Shown here piece by piece: positions 49,108 to 59,684 of a stretch of DNA of 64,000 nucleotides. A program made the position numbers and the translations under genes. Source of the stretch: Raillietiella orientalis (taxonomy: Eukaryota); the NCBI GenBank assembly GCA_036172245.1, contig JAYWIR010000087.1, forward strand, positions 186,001 to 250,000, read 5' to 3'. Under the pieces are notes generated by a model, which was not told where the DNA came from, ran no database searches, and was given only the letters and a program-made list of their open reading frames with translations. Numbering within the stretch: the first letter of the stretch is position 1; each line of letters begins with the position of its first letter.

Positions 49108-51031
49108 ATCTCCTGCGCTTGTTCTCCAGAGATCACAAAGATCTCCTGCAGCCGCCCAAGGTAGAACGATCCTAGAATGGCGGCCATGTCTCCTCCCCTG
49201 CCGGCGTCTGTCATTGCGTTCACGTTCCAAACGGCGATGCGTAGACGACGGCGGGAGAAGATTCCCGGCATTACTGCCGGGTAGATGAAGGTGTGGGAGA
49301 ACCCGCCTCTTCCGAGGCGGGTGAGATGACCATTAGGGTGTCGTCCTCCTCAGGCACCTTGGATACTTTTCCGGCTTCAACCCCCTCCATCTCCTCCGTG
49401 TCTGTGCGTGGTGGTCTTTCGGGTTATGATTCCCGGGATTCTCCCACACTGATGGCCCCCTCGCAGTCGGAAGTCATCTCCACGCCTTCGGCCTGGAGAG
49501 GGACTTTCCGGGGTTTGCTCGACTTCCTTCCAGCCTTCCGGCGGGGTGCCGCGGAGATGGAAACTTGGTTTCCGGCCTGCGCTTAGGGATCGGAAGTTAC
49601 CGACTCCTCGGTGGAGGTCGGACGCCTAACTACCTCTTTGTTATCCCTAGAGGGGTCTCGCTGCAACGATGCAGCCAGCTCCTCCACCGCACGCTTGAAG
49701 GCGGCGTGATCGATCACAGTCTCGATGACGGACGCTTCCGCCGGTTCGCTCCGCACGCTGTTCACATTTTCAACAGTGGGTTGCTCGTAGGTAGCATCGA
49801 TTTCCACCTGGCAGCGTTCGGCGATAACGCGTTCCAAGACGACGCTGCATTCTTTTAAATTCTCGCTAACCTGCTGTTTGTTATTTTGGTAGGCGATCTT
49901 TTTTTCAATTCGTCGTTCTTTCTTCTACTTTTTCTTTTTCGCTGTGGCTTCTTGCCATTCGGAGACCTGACCGCTTTTGTCGATGTTTTCGGCATTCGTT
50001 GCCAAGGTGTCAACTGCTGCCTGGATCACGGGTGTGGGTGGCATAGCTAAAGCGGCAGCCTTCTCCGCCAGCCTTTTCTGTAGCATTCCCGCGGGTTCTT
50101 TTAGGTTCCTCGCGAAAACCGCGCGCACAGCGGATTGCGGACACACTTCCTTCGTGTGGCCCATTGTCCCGCATACCAGGCACTGTACGTTGAGGCACCT
50201 CTTTTTGAGGTGTCCCGACGTGTTGCAGAAGCCACAGTATTTGGGCTTCCCCACGTACCTGAGTTCGACGCTTTCTCCGATGACCACCAGTTTGTGAAGA
50301 AGGGTAGAGCCCTCCCGGACGGTTACACGGGCAGCCGTGAGGCCGCACTGAACTGTGGTATAGTCCTCGAAAGGACTAGGCTTGGTCCATACTGCATGTA
50401 CCGTGCCTTCTTTTCCCAACGCGGGGCGTAACTGTTCTTTCCGTATCCGCGCGAAAACTCCTAAAAAATGGACCACCATACTTTGGTGCGCCGCAATCGG
50501 AAGGCGTCTGCGTGTCCTCATCAACACGGGGGTTTTGAGCAGGCGTTGGGCCAGATCTGCATGTTAGCAGATCACCTGTACGTACTGCCCCCCGCTACGA
50601 ATGGTCATAGCGAAGACCTCCTCCTCTTCAACATCGAGAGCGCGCATCCGCTTCGAAAAGGCGCGCGCACTCTCAGAAGAATACAAATTTTCTACCTGGT
50701 AGAATAGTGATGGGTTATACCCCTCTTCTACATAGGCAGATAATTCCGCCGCCGCTGCAGGGGATGGCGCCGACACGCCGGCGCTCCACGCCCGTGCTGT
50801 AGCGGGGACCCGTTTTGTTGGGGCGGACGCCCTCACCACCTTCTCCACTGAAGGCGACGTTGCCGCTGCCACCTGGCACTCCATTTCTTCAGGAGGCGAC
50901 GTTGACAACGCCCCCTGACACGCGCTGGTGTTCGTGTCAGGCATTGCTGCTTGATCGAGCTCCACCACACACGAAGCCTACACCTAGGGACGGTTCCCGG
51001 CACGGGGAGCACTGACGAAACACGTCCGCTC
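49108..51031 (-). mobile_element. Copy J (5' part), gamma family: 5' end, ORF1 (ATG 50944) and endonuclease start; inserted antisense at the RT DLxKAFD motif of N
   Basis: GGACGTGTTT at 51027; CGFCNTSGHLKKRC and CLVCGTMGHTKEVC; TAATG at 49273-49269, then MPGIFSRRRLRIAVWNVN ... AQEI. Confidence 0.88.
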
Positions 51032-53165
51032 TAACCGCCGTAAAGCTATCGACTGCGTCGACCAGGAACTTTTTTTGGAGCTCCTCGAACGCATGTGTTT
51101 CTTGGCCGTGCTCCAGTCCTACCTGCGCTCATGCTGTCGCAACGCGTCGATAAATGTTGGTTTCAGCGGACGGCGCGTGTACGGCGTGCCAGTGCGCCGC
51201 GGCATCCGGCAGGGTGACAGCCTGAGCCCCTTGCTCTTGAGCATCTAGTTCGATTTCCTGCTGAGGGCATACAGGCTAACTTTGGCAACCTTGCCGAGCC
51301 CGTGTGCCGGCACGCCTACCGTGTCAGCCTATGCAGACGATCTTCTCCTGCTGCTTCCCGTGTCCACCCCGGTGAGTGCGCTCGAGGACTTCCACTTGCT
51401 GCGCCGCGAGACGGGCCTGGAGGTGAACAGGGCGAAGTCGTCAATGGTCTTTCTCGGTTCGGCGTGGGCAGGACGGTCGGACTGGATCCGCTTAGGGATC
51501 CCCACGGGCAGTTGCTTCAAGTACCTTGGCGTTCCGTTATGGGACTTCTGCGCAGCAGAAGCCTGGTCCGTCCGTTTCGAAAAGGCATCGTTGGCGATCG
51601 GTCCGTTCCAAGAAAGCAAGTTCAACTTGCAGGAACGGGCCGCGGTGTGGAACGCGTTTGCGCCCCTTCTCCTTAGCCCCATGCTTTTTGTTTGCTTTGC
51701 CCCTTATTTTATTCGAAAACGAGCAGCGGGCCTCCTGAGGAAAGTCCTTGGGTGCAAAAGGAGGTCTTGCGTGAGGCTCAAAGACTTGTGCGCTCCACGT
51801 AAGGACGGTGGACCTGGCGTCCTTACGCTGGTGCGCATGGAAGTGCGACTACAGTTTTGGACTCTCGCCCTCGCGGCAGAACTGTGGGACACGCCCTGTT
51901 GCATCCTAGCATGCCTCCTAGCCAAACGAGCCTGCGGATCCGGGGGACTTTTTTTGTTTCTGTCGGCGCGCTTCGGTAGAAGATCACACTGTGGCTCTCA
52001 CCTGCGACGCATTGTTATTGCGGTTTGGGAGAACGCCTGGATCTCCTGCCTTCGAAGGAACTACTCTGCTTGGTTGCAAGAGTCAGTCTTCATCTGGGAA
52101 AAGATCCACGTTCCGGCGGGCACAAGGAACACTTGCCTGAAAAGGCACGCCTGCTGGACGCTGCAGGAGATCGTGCAGTCCCGCGACCAGCTTCTGTGGG
52201 CTCTGATAACCCTCCTTTCCCTAGTGCTGCCCTTCCTTGAAATTGCCAGGGACAGTAGCGAGCAGGGGAAATGCGACCATTGGACTGTGTCCTGCAACAT
52301 AGGCGGCAGGACACAATTGATAAAGGCGTGGACATCTCGGCAGCTAGCTAACGCTGCGATGCCCAGTGTCCCGCCCAACGGAATTCGAAGCTGGGGCGAG
52401 CTACACGGACTAACTCTGGAGGAGATAAAATGGCCCGCAGCGTCCTGGATCAGTGCATCACTCCCCCTGAAATGGCAGGATGTGGCGTTGCTTGTGGTAC
52501 CCTTTGGATTACCATTCAAAGCACGCCTGCACCTCACCATTAGGGGGGCTGTGGATTTTAATTGTGACCGGTGTTGGGAAAAAGAGACGTTCCCCCACCT
52601 TCTCCTTGAGTGTAGAGCCGTCCGCCCTTTGTGAAATCGTCTCGCGGCGATCCTGGAATTGCGCGTATGCGGCCCAAAGGACGTTTTTAGGCTACTCTTC
52701 TGTAGTGACGCCTTGTACCCGCTCACTAGTGTTAAAGTCCTCTGCTGCATCAGAGGAAAAGTGGCGGCTTGGAACGTCACCAGAAGAAGGCGTCAGCCAG
52801 CCGGTAAAGCCTTACACTGGACTCGCCTTTTCGCGCGCAGTGTCTGCAAGTGGCGCCACTTAGGCGCTGATAGGACTCAGCTTGTGCGGATCCAGAATAG
52901 GATCTAGAGGAGCTGTCCACGCGCAACGTGATCTTTTCCCTGCCCTCCCACCCCTAAAACATTTGTTCCCTTCCATTCACATTTCAACTTTTTGTTTCTT
53001 TTTGTTTGTTATCTCCCATCCCCGCTCATGGGAAGGACCTCTCCGGCATGAATCCGGCAACCAGCAAGGTGTTTTGCAGTGGTGAACTTTCTGGTTCCCC
53101 ACGCGACATTTCATGTATTTTCATTTCAATGAAATAAATGCCTCGGCGCATCCGGGTGTGAGTCA
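51032..53165 (+). mobile_element. Copy N, delta family: RT second half to terminus
   Basis: RKAIDCVDQEL, RQGDSLSPLL; ORF 51282..52634 (YADD, KYLG, CDRCWEKETFPHLLLEC). Terminus at 53133-53165. Confidence 0.88.
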
Positions 53166-55336
53166 CCACGGCACGCGTCACCATGGACGACCGGAGGCTC
53201 ATGCCTTTGCAGATTCTCTTCGGTGACGTCGTGATCTATCTCCGGTTTACCGGGCAAACCCCTGCATGCGGCAACAGCAGGAAGGAGGGCCAACTTCCGC
53301 GGAAGTGCCCAACACGCAGTTGTCGATACTGTATGCTGCTTGGCCACTCGATTAACGAGTGCGCCGAGCTAAAACGAACGAGGAGGGCAAGAAACCTTCC
53401 CGCAACATCGCCGTCTGCTCCGACTCCGTCCGCTCCGTCGTCTGGAAAGAAATCCGGCGCTAACGGGGATTCTCAGCGGAGAAGTAAAAACTCCGCTTGC
53501 GCGGGCGATTCTCGGAGCAATGCTCCACAAAAATCCGCGCGAAAGGACAAGAAGCTTTACCAAGCAGCTTTATTAATGCCCCGAGTCACTAAGTCCGTTG
53601 ATAAAATCGGGCAAGCTACAAGACCACCGCTTCCGTCCGCTCTCGCTCCGGAGCGAAATAGCGGTGGCACGCCCGAGAAGTACACCGGAGCGTCGAAAAA
53701 GGGGTCGCGTGCCCCTTTGCCCGCTACAGGCAAGCCGGCCATGGCGGACCGGACGCCAGCAAAGGCTAAAAAGCCACGCGCGACCTCCGAAAATCCCGCC
53801 ACTTTGCCCGCATTTTCCGGTAAGGAGGTGCAAAAGACAGACGTGGCGAAGGAGACACCAGCCTCCATCGCCGTATCCGAGACCTTGGAAAGAATGGGAA
53901 GGACCTTCGAAGCCCTCGCGCTCAACCGAGGCAAACCGGAAGGCATCGAGGATGGCTAGACCTTTGTTGGGGGAAGGAAGAGGCAGCTTAAACCGCGCCA
54001 TCCTTCCCACTTTCCGATCAAAAAGGTAGGCGGGGTGAAGAGGCAACCCCGCCCGCCAAGGAAGGCGAAAGAAAAAGACTCTGCTGCCTCCACGCGAGCC
54101 GCCGCAAGCACCCGCGGCGAGAGGGAAGCTGTAGAAGTCGTGACCCCGAAAGGGGGATCGGCGACGAAGGCACCCTCTAAGAGTGCTGGACCAGCTCCGG
54201 GCTGGCTACAAAACAAGAGGCAGGCGGAACGCCCGCCGCGCGCACGCAATTCGGACTCCGAGTCGGAGTCCGAGGGCAGCGCTTAGGTTCGCCAAGCCCC
54301 GGTCAAGGCTAGGGCTGCGCGCAAGCCTAAACTTGCCAGGCAAGAGCCTGATGCCGGGAACGGTTCCCGATGCTCCTCGGAGCCAGAGGCAATGGTCCTC
54401 GACTCCAGCGAGCCAGCAGCGAGCGGCGCGACGGGGAAAGGAAGCGCTTGCGCTACCTCATCCGCCGTGCTCCCGGCTAATGCCTCGCCGGACGGGGCGA
54501 GGATCGCACTTTCATGTCCGTAGCAGCAATGCGCGGTCTCTCTTCTTCCTTTCGCGTCCGAGTGGCCTGTTTGAACGTCAACGGACTGCAGGACAACGAG
54601 AAGAGGCGATTGGTTGCCAATGTCTTGCGGAACTTCGATCTGGACCAGCTGCAGGAGATTCAGGCACTCTCCGAGCAGCAAGCGGCCGATCTGCAAGTTC
54701 GCGGTGGCGGGACGCTCCAATGGAGGTCAGCCTCCCAGAATACCTACGGAGTCGCATTGCTTGTCCGGGGCAGGGTGTCGGGAGCGGAGCGGAGCGTTTC
54801 TTTCGACGAGGAAGGTCGTGTGGTCCAACTTATTCTCAAGTGGTCCAAATCGATCAACCTTCTCGTCACGAACGTGTACGCACTTCGCGGCACCGCCTGT
54901 CACACCGAGAAACTGCAGTTTTTTGAGCGACTGCGCGACCGCTGGCTCAGCAACTCCGACCCCGACGTGGCTCACCTCGTAGCCGGGGTCTTCAACGTCC
55001 ACGCGCTATCCGAGGAGTCTCATTGTCGCCGGGAGAAACGGCTGGTGAACGAGGTGCGCGCGTCCGTGCACGACTCGAATTTGCTGGTTGACGATCCCGA
55101 GATGCGTGCTTTGCCGGACCAAGTGTTCCTCGACGATCACCTGAATTGTCGGACGGGTCGAAGAGGTCCCGTGCCGTCCGAGCTTTCCGACCACAACAGG
55201 CTGCAGTTTGAGCTACTCTCACCTAGCAAGGACCCTCCGACGCACGTCTGGAGGTGGCCGGCCGACTGGTTGAGAAGTCCGGTGGCTGCGGAGCACCTCC
55301 GCCAGCATCTCCGGACCTTGGCCGTTCGAGAGCTCG
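53166..55336 (+). mobile_element. Copy O, beta family: ORF1 second half and endonuclease (ATG 54529), interrupted by P
   Basis: ORF 53183..53959 (CRYCMLLGHSINEC); ORF 54514..55434 (NVNG, LQEI, NVYA, AGVFN, SDH ... AVREL). Confidence 0.85.
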
Positions 55337-58300
55337 TTTTTCACCCGGTTGCGCAGAAGCGTTTATTCTTTGAAATAAAAGAAACCTTGTTGGCTGACCA
55401 GGTGGTCCGGCCACGCACTGGTTTACAAAATTAAGCCTGCCGGGTCACCGGTTCGTATTCCGGTACGGTCCACCACGACAGCAGAGGGGCCAAGGACAAA
55501 ACAAAAAATAAAACAAAACATAGAAATATATAAAATCAAGATCTGGATGGCACGGAAAGGGATCACAGTCTGCTGTGGAGCCGTCACATCCTTTGCAGGA
55601 TGCCGGCAAGCTGTTTTTGGATGTTTGAATACAGATGGGTCCATGCTGTCGCCGTCCGCATAAATTCGGCTGCGCACTGGCCGGCACCCATATCGCGAGT
55701 TCCTCCCGTTGCCTTGCTCCATGCAGCAACGTTCCAGCGAAAGCAGCACAGAGCTGCTAACAAGGCCGAGGGCCGAAGGGCGTCGCAAACGAAGAGGTAT
55801 CTAATTGTGCCTCTGGGGTTTCCACAGGGGTTACCGATTGTGGCGACAAAACGGTTCCAAAGGGGCTGAAGAGGCACACAATCCAACAGAAGGTGAGTGA
55901 GGGACTTCCGTTCTCTTCACCTCGCACAATTAGGGCTCAACGCTCCCCAGGTCCAATGGTGTCATCGTTCGTTGCAGGGGACTCCCCAATGCAGCAACAA
56001 TACCGCCCACTCCTGCCATTTTAAGGGGAGGGAGGAGATGTTCATCAGCACAGGGGGCCACTTTAATTGTTCCCGCGGAACATTTAGCACCTCGATCCAG
56101 CGCAAAAGTCTAACAGAAGTGGTAGTTTGGGCCCCGATATCGCAGAGAATTCCCGTTTTCCATTCCCCGATCTTTTTCTCCGTACCAGAGATTGTGACGT
56201 AAACATCCCATTTCGCAGCAGTGTTGCTGTTTAAATGTTCCGCAAGCGAAAACAGCATTGAAGCGAGGGGAGTTTTTCTTGCCCACGCTCGTTTTGGGGG
56301 GTTCTCCAGGACCTCTGGGAGCGTCAGGCGGTCATTACGGGCGAAAAATTGTCTCTGCCCTTCTTGAATGCGTTGCTGGTTCTCCTTGCCCACGTCTGAA
56401 CCGTTTCCTGCAGCCATGCAGGTCCGTTAACGGGGCGACAGCAGAGCCATTCTGCGTTCTTCCTCATCAGGTCAGTCACTCTCCGTAGCTGCAGCCCGCA
56501 GTGACCGTCTTGGCGGCGCCGACGGAGCGCAAGGAAGGATGACAGTCCCACCTTGCCGGTAGCCTGCTCGACGAGGAGACGTACGGGCTCGCACCGACTG
56601 CTACTCTAGTATTTCGCCACTAGGGCGAGTAACCGAAATCGCAGCTACAGCTCCAGCCGCTCTAGCGTCAGGAGGCCGAGACCGCCGTCCCGACACGGAG
56701 CGCTCAAGTCCTCAGGCCGGATTCGGGCCCTCCCATTACCCCACAGGGCAATCATGGGCAATCTTCTTGGGCAACATCGAGATTGTAAATACCATCTTTC
56801 GTTACGCACGCTTTTACCAAACCCGGCAGGCAGAAGGTTCATAGGGAACTCGTCGCAAAACTCTTGGAGGGAGCGCTTGAAGCGGTCCCAGTCCTGAAGC
56901 GTCTGCAAGCTGAAACCTCGTACGAATCCGCGGAGATAATCCGCGGCTCCCGCTAGTTTCAGCCAGTCCCCCGGTAAGCGCAACGCAGATGAGGGGGGAC
57001 CCTTATCGCGTGGCCGCACCTCGAGTACGATGCGGTCATGGTCAGACAGTTTCGACGGTAACTTGCCGCGCCTGCTCACGCGTGAGCATAGGTGCTGATC
57101 AAGAAACATTTGATCTATGCTGTCAAGCATTTGCGGATCTCCTGCGAACAAGTTGCGGGTGTGCATCTCTGTGCACAGCTCGCTCAAGCAGTCCCGAAGT
57201 GTGTCGGACGCACCTGACAGCAGGCGCAGGTCAAAGTCACCTTCGATTAGGTGCGCTTTGCGCACTCCCGCTTCGTCCAGAAATTCGCGCCTCAGGGTAA
57301 GGAAGAAATCTCTCCTTGCCTTTGCCCTTAGCGCGTGGCTGCTGCTTGGGGCGTACACGTTGGAAATGACCAGATCGATGGAGTCGGACCACCTGATGAT
57401 CAACTCCCTGAAGGGATGGGCACTATCGACCGTACGCCCTTTGTTGCAGCCTCAACAGCTGGACGAAGCAGGAACGCGACACCGCAAGAATTAACGGTGC
57501 TGCAACGCCGCAGCAGCCGTTCACCCGAGATACGCTCGATCTCCGTTGCTTGATCTGCGGAGATTACGTGGATCTCTTGCAGCAGCACCAGGTCGAACGA
57601 TGCCAGGGTGGAGGGAACGTCTCGTCTCTTGCCGTCGTCGCTTAGCCCGTTGACGTTCCAACAGGCAATTCTCAGACGGCGGCAAAAGCCGATTCCCAGC
57701 ATTAAGGCTGGAAACGTGGCGTTGCAGCACCTGTCAACGGACAGGTGGGAGGGACGAGTAAGGGGACCGCGGCCATCTCAGGCACTTGAAGCACCAGGGG
57801 CACAGACTCTACCCTTTCCCTCCCTCCGGGGTCGCAGCGTGGGGTTGCCTCTCCAGAAGAGTCCCCAAAGTTTCTCACTTTATTGGCACGCTAGCTTTCC
57901 TCAATTATCTCTAACTTTTCCACGGAAGGGATAATTTTGCGGGTAGGCTTCTTCGTGCGATTGGCTTTCGAGCGGGAGGCCGCGATGCCGCAGGCAGTGT
58001 TTTCCGCCTCTGCGTCAGAGTTTGGAATCTCCGACTTCTTGATCGAGATCGGACGCCTCAAGGCCTTTTTCGCGGATTCAAGGGGACACTGCAAGGACGC
58101 AGCGAGCTCCTCCGCCGCTCGTTGAAAGTCTACGTCGTGGAGCATACGTTCGACGACGGCGGCCACCGCCGGGTCGATAGCTTCCGGCATCAATTTGCCG
58201 GAGGGCTGAAAGTCGGCAGCGACGAGTGCATTTTTGCCGCTCTGTTCGACTGCAGGAATGCGCTTGATGACGACACAGCAGCGTTTGACATTTTCGCGAC

Positions 58301-59429
58301 GCGGCAAATTCTCGCTGCGTTTCGCAACATTTTTCTTTGGTTCCTTGAAGATTTTCTGCCTCTTTGATTTTACTACCTGCCATCCAGGATCCTGGCCGTT
58401 CTCCTCGACCTTGTCCGAGTTTTCCAAGATCTCGGAGCTGACCTTCACCTGGGGCACGATAGTTGCCTTTCTGGCGGCGGCAGTCTCTCGGGCTGCCTGA
58501 ACTCTTCGTTTTCTCGCCGCGCGCTTCATCGCATTCTCTGCGGACGCGAAGCGTACTTTAGTTTGCGGGCACACTGGAAGAGTGTGCCTGGGTTGTTTGC
58601 CTTGCTTGCACTGCAAGTGGGATCACCTTTTTTTCAGGTGACCTGAAGCGTTGCAATGCGCGCAGAAATGCGGCTCACCAACATACAAGATGTGAACGCG
58701 TTCGCCGTTGACCTCCAGCTTGTTTGGTAGGGAGCAACCCTCGCGGACCGTGATGCGCGCGGAAGCCAGACCGCAATACAGCAGGTAGTACTTCCAAATT
58801 AATTTCGGCTTTTTCCACAACGCGTGGACGGTTCCAAATTTATTTAATTCATTTCGGTCAGCCACTTTGGCCATCCGGAAGGTGATATCGAGGAGGTGGA
58901 TCACGATAGATCTATCCTCCTTGATGGCAAGGAGCCGGCGATTCCCCAAAGTAACAGGTGTACGGAGCAGACGCTGGGCAAGATTTGCTTCTTTGCAAAT
59001 CACCTCAACGTACTGTCCACCACTCCTGATGGTCATCGTCAATAGCTCCTCCCGGGGTACTTTGAGAGAGTGCATCGATTTCAAGAAAGCGCGTGCACTC
59101 TCAAAGGTGTGAAGGTTGCCTACCTTGTAGAGTAGAGGGGGATTGTACCCCTCCTCTAGGTAGGCTTTGAACGCAGCCGCAGCCGCTTGCGTTGGCGTCG
59201 TAGCCACGAAACTTCAGCTTCTCCCTAACGAGGGAGTCGCTTCTGTGGGGGCGGATGCCCCCACATCCATTGATTCATGGGGCGACATAGACGTCTCCCC
59301 CTCCTTAACATTGGTTGTGGTCCCAGGCATTGCTGCCAATCCACCACCGAATCCACTGCGACACCAAGAAAAAAAAAAAAAAAATGAAACCACAAACGCT
59401 CACGAGCGAAACAAAAACCCACCCGCTCT
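55337..59429 (-). mobile_element. Copy P, gamma-related: both ends intact, RT domain deleted (4.1 kb), inserted antisense into O
   Basis: 6-bp TSD agctcg (55331-55336 / 59430-59435) restores O's 'VREL|DD.DD'. ORF1 ATG at 59330; TAATG at 57704-57700. The endonuclease linker is fused to 'IALWG' at about 56757. Confidence 0.88.
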
Positions 59430-59684
59430 AGCTCGACGACAGGGACGATCCGCAAAGATCGATCCGGGAGTTTTTCAGGCGGTTCCCCTTGCGCCTGCTT
59501 CCCCGTGGCTTTGGGCAAGGCGTGGCTAACAGCTGTGAGTTTCTGCAGGCCTGCCAATTCTCCCGATGCGCAGACATCCTGTGCCTTGCAGAGTACAAGT
59601 CCAAGGCCGGGCGCCAGGTCTGGCAGTCAGGAGCGGCTTGTCTGCTAAACGACCAGGGCCTGGAGTGCTCAGGCGCGACCGATG
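59430..59684 (+). mobile_element. Copy O (continuation): endonuclease-RT linker, interrupted by Q
   Basis: REFFRRFPLRLLPRGFGQGVAN ... RQVWQSGAACLLNDQGLECSGATDV. Confidence 0.82.

Noticed and set aside
33392..53165. H and N as terminal inverted repeats of a large DNA transposon
   Set aside because: They are two diverged copies of one LINE family with different flanks, and no transposase or shared TSD is present.
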